The notes beneath the pieces are model-generated. The model did no database searches. It was not told where the DNA came from and saw only the letters and a list, made by a program, of their open reading frames with translations. A stretch of DNA of 60,521 nt, counting the filler, from Sphacelaria rigidula (taxonomy: Eukaryota): assembly GCA_964200075.2 (NCBI GenBank). It is 9 parts of 9 records of this genome, joined end to end, with 100 filler letters (N's around TTAATTAATTAA, not from the genome) between each part and the next. Parts side by side here need not be neighbours in the genome. Positions count along the whole stretch, not along the records: positions 1 to 6,637 come from CAXNAA020018921.1; positions 6,738 to 13,373 come from CAXNAA020018922.1; 7 more parts are not named here. One strand, 5' to 3'. Of the stretch, positions 1-11,294 are shown in pieces (within the stretch, counting starts at the first letter, position 1; each line of letters starts with the position of its first letter). A program made the translations under genes and the position numbers.

Positions 1-1423
1 TAGATTATGGAGAAGTCCCTCACTGAATAGCCCTCTTGTCCAGATCGTCTGGCAGAGGCTATAATGCTCACCTGTGGAGTCTTTCCACCATTGCGTTCGG
101 TGTGCTCAAATCATTTTACTTGAACCAAATACCCACAATGCTCGCATACCTGGCAACGCGTGTGCGCCCTACCGTCGCCCTCAACATCGCGACTCGCGTG
201 GTTCAGCCAACCGTTCCCGATTCGATATTGTAACTACGGTAGTGATCACAGAAATCTCAACCAACAGTTATGGGTAGGAATGAGGGCCGATTTTGGGTAC
301 TATATTCCTGGAAATTGCAAGCTGAACGTTATATGCGTCAGAAGTGGCGCGTAATCTAACAAATCAATCAATGAAAACTACACGCGTCACCTACAAAAAA
401 TGAAGATTTGGCTCATAAAAAATGAACAAGACTATATTTACAGTACATTTATTCAAGCCTGGGAGTGGTCGGTGTTGAGGTGATATTGTTCCTCCGGGAA
501 GCTCGCTCCACATCAGTAGATGGACGATCTTGTTGCACTAGCGAGTGTCCTGCTTGTGTCTGTACCACTTGGGAGCACACGCCCCCGAACTGCTGCCCCA
601 CGTTTACCGTCATTGCGGAGATAACAAGACAAGAGCACGAACAGCAGCCGTTGTGGCTGCCACACACCAACGTAACTGCAGTTAAAGGCGTGCCTGACAT
701 AGTGCTAGAACGAGAAAGTACAGAAATTTGGACATCATGAGCAGCAGCGTCGCGCATGCGAAAAGTACTGAGAACGATGCTGATGATGTTGACGATCAGA
801 AGGTCCACGCTGTGTGGACTGGCTACGCGCTGCATGACCTACACACAGCTGTGACTGTGGGATTGGAGAGTAAATTTCTCATGGGCCCCATGGGGTCAGG
901 GTCATGACATGAGTTGAAGGAATCTCATCTTGTCAGTCGCTTGGGCACGGTCTGGTTCTCTCTGTTCAGATAAACATTTCAACGCCAATTTCCCCCTATC
1001 CCCTGTTTTCAGTACGTACAGGCAGTCACTTGAAACATTGTGGCTCTGCCGACCTGGGCATACATAGTGCGCAGTCTGAAATCAAAATCACTCTTCGCGC
1101 CTTGGCTTCTCCCCTGGAACCCTCAGACACAATAGCCGAAATTCATGTGTGACCCCGCTCTCTGTAAATTGATACATGAAGGGTACTCGCTATTGAACGG
1201 CGAATTTGCCCTTTGTGCACAGCCGTACAGAACGAAGCAGCACCTGGTGGCATGCCACAAAGTGAAATGCCGTCACACACTGCTCACCGCAAGAAAAAAG
1301 CACACAGCCCAAAACGAAGCTTGTCGAACATCGCATAGTTTGCATCTCATTCTGATACTATTAATATCATATACAGACAGTTACTAAATACATGACCGTA
1401 GTCGCCAGCAGATGTAACGCACA

Positions 1424-1775
1424 TGTGGAAGACACCTCTTTGCAGTGACATATCAGAGACTGATGACACACACGTATGAAGAACGAGCGCAGATCGGCAC
1501 AAGGTAGGAACGGTCCGGAAGGACCAGAATACCGAGGACCCTGTAATGCCAACGTAACTAGCCAACTTGGGGTGATGCCAGTAAGAGCCTGATATCAGGA
1601 TGGACTAACATACCCCGAGGAACTGGTCGCCCCCAGGCGACCACTTCTCGTCTAACCCTACTTCTTGTCTACATATACAAGAGGAAATCATCGCCAGCCT
1701 CGGAGTTCGTTCTGCATCAGGGCGGCAGTCTTCCCCGTAGGTCTCCGACTACTCCCGCGATACGTCTTCTTCACA
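1424..1775 (+). mobile_element. 5' LTR of a decayed LTR retrotransposon
   Basis: Starts TGTGGAAGA and ends TCTTCACA (TG..CA, short inverted termini). Followed by PBS-like TGGCGACACCAG at 1777. The first ~55 bp recur at 46999-47052 in another contig, with similarity starting at the TG. Confidence 0.7.
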
Positions 1776-1776
1776 T

Positions 1777-1788
1777 TGGCGACACCAG
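1777..1788 (+). promoter_or_regulatory. Putative primer-binding site (PBS)
   Basis: TGGCGACACCAG lies 1 nt after the LTR-terminal CA; it is complementary to a tRNA 3' end ...GGUGUCG-CCA. Confidence 0.55.
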
Positions 1789-1979
1789 AACAGAAGTCAG
1801 GCAAGACAGGCCTTAGAAGTAAAAGATTAGAACGAGAGCCGATTGCTCCCCGACACCGGAAGCACTAGGGTTCTCTAAGGAACGCTACTCCAGGTGAAAC
1901 GTATGGGTCCTGTGCATAATTATTCGAGTTGAGAGGTTTTTGGAGTCATGTGGTTGGATCAACGCAAAACTAACCCCAT

Positions 1980-2150
1980 CAGTGCGCATGTATATGTCAC
2001 CCGCACGGCTAATCAAACAGCGAAAGGCGAAGTTGGACTCCTCAGTGTGCAGTACATGTCACCTGTATGGCTAGTCAAACAGCGAAAACGCGAAATTAGT
2101 CTCATCAGCGTACATTTTCTGTCACCAGGATGTCTAACGAAACAGCGAAA
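1980..2150 (+). repeat. Degenerate 63-bp tandem repeat (~3 units) in the leader/gag region of the LTR element
   Basis: Units start at 1980, 2043 and 2106 and share TGTCACC..GCTA..CAAACAGCGAAA. Confidence 0.75.
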
Positions 2151-2919
2151 TAACACTTATTAACCAACCTTTCGCCACCATAGTGCGAAAGGCACGGCAA
2201 TTAATCAAGCAGACCGACCTCTGGAAACGCGGTGACGCGAAATAGCACTAACAAACAAATTTACCCGACTTGCGAATGCACGACCTTGTCATTTCTTACC
2301 ATTTAGCGAACGAAAGAAAGGGAGGTATATTGGATGGTATTAACACATCCCAGCCCACAAGCTGAGAGGAGTTGAAAGCTACAGACAGTTCAATATTCCA
2401 CACCTCATCATGCATGGAATGGAGAAAAGTGTCAACCGTCCGGTAAAAAAAAAACATATCGGAGAGGTGCGGGTTTCTTAGTTAGTACAGTAACTCACTC
2501 CTGCAGAGGGGCACCAAAGCAGCCCTCAGTTGTGATGTGAAAGTACATACTAGGAGCAGAAACTGGAAAGAGCAAGATGAGAGTTGGTTCCTACGCAGCC
2601 TTCAGAGCAGCCGTGGAGAAAGTAATACACCACACGAAGGGCCATCATCGTCGAACATGAAGTTCAACTTGTTGAGGCTCTCATCATGCTACATTCTGCG
2701 CCGTACCCCAATGAATCGGTAACGTTACATCCTGAGCTGACACAAGTTTAATCGGCAGCCATGGGAAAACAACAATGTTGTAAGCAGGGGCTGTTGATTC
2801 CAAATCGAATCACCCGTTTTCCATTTTTCAACCCGATCTTGGACGATCACTGTTATGACTCATGCGACGCATCATCGTTCGCCAGGTATACAGATGCGCC
2901 CCTAGCGCTATCCTGTGCA

Positions 2920-3690
2920 TCAGCCCGTGTGAGAGTCGCAGCCAGAGTAAACGGCACCCCCGCTGAAAAAATCAAAATCGATTTCGCAGCAGATGTGCCG
3001 AGTATCAGTGAAACGTTCATAGATGAACACCCGGCCATCACGGCAGCTGATATAAGGCCAGTACCGCCGGGATCTATGGATCTCAAAAGCGCGGACGGCT
3101 CCCCCATAAAAATCCGAGGGTTCTTTCGTTTCGAGCTTACGTAGGGGTAGAAATCCCACCAGTAAAGGCGTTTGTGCTACCTAATCTGGGACCGGATTGT
3201 CTTTTACTAGACAACTCCATTATGAGTGCTTTCCAAGCTATACCCGACTGGCAAGCGGAAGAATTGACATTCCGTGACTCCAGTATAAAAATCAAAGCAT
3301 CGCATCGAAAACAACAGCGTTCACAAAATACAACACACACCGAAATGATGCATTCTTCTCTAGTCGGTGTAAACTGTTCAAACGCTGTTCCAGTTTTTCT
3401 CACGAAGAAATGCAGTGTGCCTCCGTAGAGTGAGATGGCAGTATTAGTTGAAACGGAAAATACCCCGTCAACAACAGTAGCAGCTATTGTGTAGCCACGC
3501 ATAATAACCAAAGAAAACATTCGATCGCTCGATGTACCCCAAGCGTTCACGCGCATCATTTCTTGCAAGGATAGTGTGCACGTGGTCGGCAACAAACGAA
3601 ACGGCAATGGTACAAATTGCCAACCCGTCGAGCCGACATGTGAACCTGAAACGTGATACGATTTTGGGCTAAATCACCTCAATACAAGAG
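2920..3690 (+). pseudogene. Decayed retropepsin (aspartic protease) and post-protease linker of a Gypsy-type pol
   Basis: RVAARVNG..KIDFAADVPSIS..LKSADGSPIKIRG..VLPNLGPDCLLLDNSIM matches the retropepsin layout. Frameshift near 3140 and in-frame stops downstream. Confidence 0.6.
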
Positions 3691-4285
3691 ACGAAAACCC
3701 GGATAAACGTTACAATAATAATAAGAGACAAAGACCGGAGAAACTTCATGCATTTCCGACATCCTCTCACGACTGTTTGCGCTACTCCAGAGCGACGAAA
3801 AGCTGAAATCAAACCATCGCTAACACAAACATGTGGCAACGTGCCAAAAGACCATGCACTGCAAATGGCTGAACCACATACGACCGTTAAATATTAGCAG
3901 AGGCGCTCGACCGTTTGAAGCCAGGTGTCTAAGCACCGTTACTATCTGAAAAGAGTTACCCTCTATTTTTGATGGTTTCTGTTCTACAATCTATCTGAGA
4001 TCCCGGGAAGATATGGCACATGCGAAAGCAGTCGCTGTGATCTGCAAGGGCGTGAGAGATTCCCCCCCCCCCAAGCGCTGAGCATTTCCCCCTGAATGGC
4101 AGGTTTTGCCCATCCTTCCGATTTCATGGCGAGTGTTTCCCGCGGTGAATCTTAGCCCCGCAATTCTGCGGTTTTCTCGTCGTTGACGTAATATTAGGCT
4201 GATGGCATAGAGGCTTGAGTGAATCACCCCTAGAGGGAATTGAGCTATGCTTTCCCCCGTCTTGCATGAGCAGCTTGCACAAAGC

Positions 4286-4748
4286 AAGGGAGGGGGGTGT
4301 TACAGCGGATACCGACTGTATATGTAGTAGGCGTTTCGAAGTTCGCGTGGCAAGTGCAGTATGTCTTATTCCATTCGCATTTTGGTCTTGTACTCCAATT
4401 TGGCGCCCTTCACCTGAGCCCCTCGCCCCTCACAACTTTCCACCACCTAGCAACATCGTTTTTAGCTATTTACCTAGTAAGCCTATAATAACAAAGCTAT
4501 CAGCCACCACCTGGAGAGATCTCGCTTGCAAACAAGGCAAGAGCACTCTTCTGCACGTGAAGGTGAGTCCCTGTTCGGCCTTATGATGCAGGGCTGGTCG
4601 AACTCAAGGGTCTGTTAGCCACGAGTTCGGGGGTCACTCCTCTCGACTACGATCGTTCCTTGCGGCCAGCCGCTGGCTTCGTGCCACCCCTGGCGTGGTA
4701 TGTTCCTTGAGAGTGACACCAGTATCACCTCGTGGCCAGACCACAACA
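4286..4748 (+). mobile_element. Polypurine tract plus 3' LTR (4298-4748) of a second LTR family
   Basis: AAGGGAGGGGGG is immediately followed by TGTTACAG; the segment ends CACAACA (TGTT..AACA). No similarity to the 1424-1775 LTR. Confidence 0.55.
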
Positions 4749-4750
4749 TA

Positions 4751-5454
4751 ACTGTTGCTGACGTGGTGCAGAGGGGTGCGTCAATGCTGAAATCTGGAGC
4801 TTTCGTTGCTCTACTCGGCTGACTGCCGTCTGCAGAGCGTCTGCAGAGAGGTCACCCACCATAACAGCACGTACCGGATTTCGGAACAACTGTAGAAACA
4901 AAACGATTCGATTTCCTAAACTATATCCACATGATTGAAATGACTCTTGTTACCTGAGAAACTGTGGCTTCCCCGTCCGCCCGCTAGGTATGAAAGAACG
5001 ACGACAGAGTTTTTGAGAGTGCATCTAGCACTCACGGGGGAGCAGAGAGTTTCTCCTGTATGAAAATTCCGGTTTTTCTACCTGCGAACCGTTTTATGCC
5101 CGTTGCTTTCTAACAAGAACGTTAAACTGTCGATTTCTGTCCGGTTCTATACTGATTGACATATGTCAATGCCAGCACAGTTACGCAGTGCTGTTCGACA
5201 TTATCTTCGCACGTTTGGCCGGACCCGAAGCTGCCACTTTCCCTCGGGTGACAAGAGTCATGTCAATCATGTGGACGTAATCTAGAAATCAAAGCGTTTT
5301 GTTTCTATAGCTGTTCCTAAATTCGGTACAGTGCATGTTGTTAGGGTGGATGGCCGCTCTGCAGACGCTCTGCAGACGGCAGTCAGTCGAGTAGAGCAAC
5401 GAATGCTCCAGACTGCAGCATTGACCCACCCCTCTGCACCCCGCTAGCAACAGT
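4751..5454. mobile_element. Non-autonomous foldback/MITE with ~220-bp terminal inverted repeats and TA flanks (Tc1/mariner-like)
   Basis: TA|ACTGTTGCTGACGTGGTGCAGAGGGGTG... and ...CACCCCTCTGCACCCCGCTAGCAACAGT|TA. Arms ~4751-4975 and ~5225-5454 align as reverse complements. Confidence 0.85.
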
Positions 5455-5573
5455 TAGGCCACCACCACGGGTATCGTTTTTCACTCCGTATGTCAACAAG
5501 ATCTCCACAAGTGTTTGATGTCTCTCGCACACACACCCCAGCTGGCCTGTGGTAGGCTCTTGCGGCCGGGCAC

Positions 5574-5855
5574 CTGGATGGTCACATGTCGGGTAAAATC
5601 AACGATGAATAACAGCCTCCCAAGTTCAAACTGGATCTGTTGTTATTGCCGCAGCACCACCCTTGCTGGCACGTGTGTGCCAGAGAACAGAAGTAGCGGT
5701 GACGGGAACATTGCCCTGTTTTTCAACGACTTGTTTTTCAGCTCATAGAGGCGCGTCCTGTCCAAAAAGAGAGGCAGAGAGAAATTGATCTTCGCATTGG
5801 TGAGCTCCACAAACAAGATACGAAATCTCTCCGCAGCTTGAAGTTCTTCGGGGGG
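5574..5855 (-). CDS. Possible exons of an unidentified gene (PPEELQAAERFRILFVELTNAKINF...; IQFELGRLLFIVDFTRHVTIQ)
   Basis: CAG acceptors before 5855 and 5636, GT donor after 5574, 63-nt open exon. No family recognised. Confidence 0.25.
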
Positions 5856-6211
5856 CTGTGCGCAGCAACATGATAACATGCCTGCCGGCACATGAGAAAT
5901 TGGGTATATGCTGGTAACATTCATGATGCCAGTCTCTCGAGCGATTGGTAATCGCCGAGCGAGGACACACAAGGGACACGGGCGAGGAGCTTCCTCTTTG
6001 TCGTTGCTTCTGTTTCTGGTGCTATCGCCATCGACATGCGTGTACACCGCATTCGTTCGGTGCACCTAGCGACAGCTGCTCAACTACTGCGGACATTTGG
6101 GGGGGAAGATGGCTTCGCTCGGTCGTAAGTGTTTCGCGTAATCTCTGCAAAATATATATGCCACTTGCACCTTATTTTTGAGATCGACCCTATTTTCCAG
6201 GATCCACTATT

Positions 6212-6372
6212 AACGGTTTCTCGAACGAGCTTGTCAGAGATAAATCATGCTCATTCATACTGCGTGACACCGTTTTCCACCAAATACAAGCGCACCGCGA
6301 GTGTGGCAGGTCGTCTGATATACCTATGAGCCTCTTTCTTCGTGCAATCAAATACCCCCCTCCCCCCTCCCC
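6212..6372. repeat. Dispersed repeat, homologous in inverted orientation to 57737-57892
   Basis: AACGGTTTCTCGA..ATTCATACTGC..CACCGTTT..ACAAGCGCACC.CGAGTGTG..GTCGTCTGA aligns with the reverse complement of the contig-9 segment. Confidence 0.7.
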
Positions 6373-6473
6373 ACCCCTATAGCGCGTGGGCAGAGGCAAA
6401 TGTATAGACGTTAAAACGGGAGGACAGAGTCTCGACAAAATTGTACAGAGAGTATAGCAGAGATTCAGTGAAG

Positions 6474-6552
6474 GAGTATGTGGGTAAACTCAAGGACATC
6501 AAGGCAGCAGGTGCAGATAAAATAGTGAACAAATATCTCAAGTATGGGGAAG
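6474..6552 (+). mobile_element. Non-LTR (LINE) ORF2 fragment
   Basis: EYVGKLKDIKAAGADKIVNKYLKYG matches the K-A-x-G-x-D-x-I...LK motif just upstream of LINE reverse transcriptases. Confidence 0.6.
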
Positions 6553-6637
6553 AGGGAATAACAGCCGATTCTCGAAAATGGGGTTGAAAAAGAAAATGAG
6601 GTTCAACTCAACAGCCGTGCTTTCCCTGACCTAAATT

Positions 6638-6737
6638 NNNNNNNNNNNNNNNNNNNNNNNNNNNNNNNNNNNNNNNNNNNNTTAATTAATTAANNNNNNN
6701 NNNNNNNNNNNNNNNNNNNNNNNNNNNNNNNNNNNNN
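6638..6737. other. Artificial contig spacer
   Basis: 44 N + TTAATTAATTAA + 44 N. Confidence 0.98.
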
Positions 6738-7075
6738 GTGGCTCAGTTGGTAGCCTCGAAACCTTCTGACGGTTGGGTCGTGGGTTCGGATCTCGCAGCG
6801 ATCTGGGATGTTTTCTCACACCATGCCCAACAGTGGCGAGCGGCTATGTCGTGGGTACATAAAATTCGACTTAACGGTCGACGAGGGAAAGGGATTGCTG
6901 AACCCCTCTCGCGATAAAAAATAAAGGCAAGCACCGCAGAAGGAAGGTGGAGAACTAAAAACCAAACTCCTGTGTTGGCCTTCTTCCTGTGTGACTCCGG
7001 CTGGTGCGCCCACATATACCGAAAGGTGTAGACCGGCGCCCAGAATAGATGGGATGACAACACAACACACACACA
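6738..7075 (+). mobile_element. tRNA-derived SINE
   Basis: A box GTGGCTCAGTTGG, B box GGTTCGGATC (~6783), ~250-bp body, CA/CAA-rich tail (ACAACACAACACACACAC). Confidence 0.85.
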
Positions 7076-7384
7076 TGCATTTGCATCGTTTGCACCCGTG
7101 CAACTCGTACCGACGACCGGATTGCCGGAAGACCGCCTCGGATCAAAAACGTTGTAAGGGGACAGGAACATTCCTGTGCCCTCCCAAAGAGAAAATGGAT
7201 CGTCGTAATGCTATACTCTGGCGCTATCAACCAAGAACGATAGCCGAAAGGAGAGGCAGCACCCGAAAAGACATCCCGCAGCTACATGTATCACTCACAT
7301 CTCCAGCATTAATATTTTGAAGCCTGCAGTTTTCTTACGAAACAGCAGCCTATTCGAAGGTTGATCCCAAGAGTGTTTTGGCCG

Positions 7385-7448
7385 ATATCATGACAAATAT
7401 CATGACACATATCATGACACATATCATGACACAAATCATGACACATAT
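7385..7448. repeat. 12-bp tandem repeat (ATCATGACACAT) x~5
   Basis: Direct inspection of the sequence. Confidence 0.9.
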
Positions 7449-7706
7449 TAAAACACACACGTGCGCCATACATGCGTGTGCCTAAGTGGACTCTGGCCAT
7501 TCAAAAAATCGAGTACGTGACTTGAGAGTTGCATAAGCGTTCCTAGGACGAAGGTGCTAATCATCAACATGCTGATGCCACCGCACAAATGGAGCTCATC
7601 GCACGGTGTTGAGGTTATCGGTTTAAAAAACTTGAAACGCAGCGACAAGCAACGAGCAGGTCGAGCGCGCATTCTCCTAATTGTTACAAGATCAGTGCGC
7701 AAGCAC

Positions 7707-7857
7707 CTGCTCCCCCTTCTTGGTTGCGTTTGCCAATCCCGCCGTTCGGTACGCCTCCGCCACCGCTTGCACGTGCGTACGGTAGCGCTCCGTCATGTCG
7801 TCTATACCCGGGAGATACTTGAGTTTTGTCATCTCCGCGTCGGCTTCGAACATGTCA
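7707..7857 (-). CDS. DRC3: DRC3/LRRC48 exon (6th seen): DMFEADAEMTKLKYLPGIDDMTERY...KKGEQ
   Basis: CAG acceptor, GT donor, phase matches the previous exon, D-M..ED....L.YLPG motif of DRC3. Confidence 0.85.
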
Positions 7858-8245
7858 CTGACGCAAGAGGAATTACCAGAACATCAGTCAGGCAGCCCTG
7901 ACTTATTACTAGTATTGAGTCGTCGGCAAGGACGGGTAGCTGACGGGAACGACGCGCTAGTGGGCAAACACATAGTGGCTCCTCTTAGGGTGTTCATAGC
8001 TAATCAAATATTTATCTCGACTGAAGGTATTCTTCTCACGTCACCGGAAAAAGTGGCGGAAGCCAGAAGACATTTGACATTGGCACCACCGCTGTCGAAT
8101 AACGTGACATGACTCAACACGTTTCCAACAAGCTGCGCATTCATCCGACAGAGGCGCCATGCTGCACGTGCGTATTCGATACTTCGAAAGTATGCTTCTC
8201 TCTCTCGCTCTCTCCCTCTCTCTTTCACGTCAGTGTGGTTGGTAC

Positions 8246-8343
8246 CTGAAGAGGGTTTTGGTGACGAGCAGATTACTCTTCTTCAGTGTGTCCGTCTCCC
8301 TTTCCGAGGCCCGTTCCCTCTCCAATTGTTCCTCCTCCAGCGC
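8246..8343 (-). CDS. DRC3: DRC3/LRRC48 exon (5th seen): ALEEEQLERERASERETDTLKKSNLLVTKTLF
   Basis: AAG acceptor, GT donor, coiled-coil sequence in frame with its neighbours. Confidence 0.8.
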
Positions 8344-8938
8344 CTTACCCAGCAAACCATGCGGATAACACATGTACAGAGATGGTAACAGTGCGTAGAA
8401 GAAAAGAAAGCCTTCTTTCGGATCTTTGTGCCGCCGTCCGTTTATCAATATTGAAACAACCAGTGCACGGGACGCGCCACCGCGTCGGCCGCGATGCAGC
8501 AACCACACCCTGCGCAGGACATGGAGGCGATGTCGTTCGTATCCATTTTTTTTGTTATCCGATCATACCTTCGCCATAGCCCTACTACAGTGTATGAGTT
8601 GACGGCGTGAGTGACGTCCTGGCGTTCGTATTGAAAGGGCGCTTCAGCTCTGAACGTAAATTATTGAACCGTACCAGCTGGTCACATACTCGTACACACT
8701 TGGAACCTCCGATCCCGAGCGACATCGTATACACGATGGTTGGATCCAGCCATTCCAAACCTTCCGGAGTTGTAGGTGTTTCCTACCGCATCTTGCCCTC
8801 TCGAACCTGCCTCCGTGTTATTCCTCTACATGTCACTCGTGCAATCGACTTGAGCGGCGATTTTTCTCCGGGCATGCGGCCAATGATCACTATAGCTGAT
8901 TGCAGGACCCAATCGAGAGTGGAGGAAATACAACGCAC

Positions 8939-8986
8939 CTCCTTCTCCTGAAGCTCCAAGAGTTCGTCTTGGTACTGCTCCTTTGC
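8939..8986 (-). CDS. DRC3: DRC3/LRRC48 exon (4th seen): AKEQYQDELLELQEKE
   Basis: 48 nt, AAG acceptor, GTGCGT donor, phase 0/0. Confidence 0.85.
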
Positions 8987-9913
8987 CTTCGGCACGATAT
9001 ACGCACGATATCCGCATGTCGGGATTCGGAAGCGCGTCAGACAAAGTGTAGAGCAGGAGGGGAGGGATGCGTCGGGCTGATACTACGAGAAACTTCACGG
9101 TAGGAGAGCGATGCTCCGTCTTGCACAGTGTACCTATTTGCACCACCCTTAAGTCTTGCACACCGGGGGGGCGGGCGGCGGTAAGGGGGGTCAGAATCAT
9201 GCCACACAAATGGGACAAGATATAATGATTTGGGGACAAGCGAATCCAGGACTCTACAGGAGAGAGTAATGGGGTCCAGTTAGAAGGACCCTAACACCGA
9301 GGGTGTGCCGCTATTGAGGATAAATGGGTACATATCATTATGTTCAAAGTGCTGCTGCTACTACTGCTACGACTACTACTACTGACAACGATAGCGATAG
9401 CAATAACAATAAGTCACTGCCCCGCTTATTGTATCGCAGTACTACCACTACGTTTAGTACTACTACCAGTACTGCTAGTTGTAGAAAAAGTCCCTATTAA
9501 TACAATACCATTGAATGGCGATACGTTTTGAAACAGCCGTCGCACACCACAAGATATTTGAACAACACGCGCAATAAAGATATGCTATTGACGACTGCAT
9601 CGCATACAGGGTGCTCACATATACAGGGTTCTTACGCATTCACATGATGTGGTACAGTACATACTGCTAGCGCCGCGGGCATTTATGAGCCGAGTGACAA
9701 GGCATCTACCCGCACACAGACACACGTATTACGGTGGCGCAGACCCGGCTGCCAATCATCACTAACTCAAAAAGGAATACTCCTACTAATACTGCTACTA
9801 CTACCATTGCATTGCCACTTCCATTATCACCACAATCATCGCTACTCTGCTGCTGTGCTGCTGCGTTACTACACCATACTATTATAACGGCAAGGTAGAT
9901 TGATGTATCCGAC

Positions 9914-10021
9914 CTGAACGACTTCAGCGGGGTCCACTGTTGCGTAGTCATGGTACGTGATGTTCTTGATGTACGCGAGGACGGTAAAGCGATACTCCAC
10001 CTCGCGGCAAACGGGATTTCC
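9914..10021 (-). CDS. DRC3: DRC3/LRRC48 exon (3rd seen), LRR cap: GNPVCREVEYRFTVLAYIKNITYHDYATVDPAEVVQ
   Basis: GNP...Y...V.AY....YxD LRRcap motif, canonical splice sites, 108 nt. Confidence 0.92.
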
Positions 10022-10290
10022 CTGGAAATGAGAAAAAAACACGGGATCGGAAAACATTTCCAGAGGTGACGCCTGGCTGCAGATACCTCTATTGCGCTAC
10101 ATGTTGTCGGAGTCGGGGTATTGTGTTTAGCTTTCCCAGCACAGGGACTTCGCTGTTTCGCATTGCAATCACGCGCGGCTCCCTGCACGGGGGAAACCTG
10201 TACGCGTGTCAAGAAGTCATTGCAATCACCAGTCCCTGCATTTCATTGTCGTGTGTAAATCAACTACGCTGCATGCTCAGATTCCGTCAC

Positions 10291-10422
10291 CTCAAGGTTG
10301 ACCAGCTGCAGCTTGGGAAATCGGCGTAGCCGAATGATGCTGTCCAGACTGAAAATTTGGTTGTTTCCGAGAGACAAACACTGGAGCTTCATGCACGAAT
10401 CTAGACCCTCGATTTCGCTGAT
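10291..10422 (-). CDS. DRC3: DRC3/LRRC48 exon (2nd seen), LRRs: ISEIEGLDSCMKLQCLSLGNNQIFSLDSIIRLRRFPKLQLVNLE
   Basis: SDS22-type LRR, canonical splice sites, 132 nt. LSLGNN...I..LRRF is characteristic of DRC3. Confidence 0.92.
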
Positions 10423-11176
10423 CTGTAATCGCCACATTGACATGGGCGCGCGGGCAAGCACACATATACGCGGGAAGTGAGACAGGGTCCGAGCGAATCG
10501 TTCACTCTTGTGCTCCATAGTCAATGGATGTATCGTAATACCCCATGCGGTCTCGCGGATCGGTATATGTGTTTTCCAACTTGACATATATCGGTGTCCT
10601 GTCCTAGGAACTGAGCCGCAGGTGGTTCTATCACTCCACCGCAGTATTTCCGCTCAGTACTATCTAGGACATAGTAAATATCCTCTAACCAGGGTTGCGA
10701 GGGCTCACCATGCAACCATGAATCGTTCAAGGACCTCGATTCGGACTGACCCCTGCACGTTATCTGCGCCAGAAACACGTATCAAGGATTCTTCCTCCCT
10801 TGCATTTCCAGGAGGCACGATGAAGAGGTAATTGCGACTGCCTAATACGCAGTAGAGTGTCCATCGACTTAGAACCAACCCCCACGTCCACAGAAATTCA
10901 TCCTCCTTTGGTCCCGCGGTGCCGACCGCGTTCGAGCCATGATCGCATCAAGGAGGGGCTTTAGTCTTACAGCATTGGGGTCACTGGGTTGTCCTGTTTA
11001 TGGCTGCCCGGCGTTTCAACTTATGGCCAGTTATGGGAATCATGTTGCTGCAGTAAAGACGCTGGGCATGATGTGCGTGTGGTGTGCAAGAACGGAAAAT
11101 TCAAGGCCCGACAACAACAACTCACCCCCCCTTCCTCAACGAGGGTGGGCTATCTTCTCGTCCCTCGTATCCTTGC

Positions 11177-11294
11177 CTGGTTGCTGTAGAGGCTGAGATC
11201 CATGAGCTCAGTCAGTTTATCCAACCCGTCGATAGCCTTTATGTTGTTAAAGGACAAGTCCAGCCATTTCAGGTGCACCAGATGGTCGAGATTG
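11177..11294 (-). CDS. DRC3: DRC3/LRRC48 exon (1st seen), LRRs: [39 protein letters not shown]
   Basis: WLDLSFNNI motif. Joins the next exon as LSLYSNQ-ISEIEGL through a GC donor. The gene is incomplete at both ends in this contig. Confidence 0.92.

Noticed and set aside
449..835. 128-aa minus-strand ORF with a possible acceptor near 838
   Set aside because: No recognisable domain or partner exon.
6682..6693. TTAATTAATTAA recurring about every 6736 bp
   Set aside because: Synthetic linker inside N runs, not a biological periodicity.
6738..6800. tRNA gene (also 41830-41895 and 30180-30256)
   Set aside because: A and B boxes are present but there is no intact cloverleaf or acceptor stem; where a body and tail follow, they are SINE-like.
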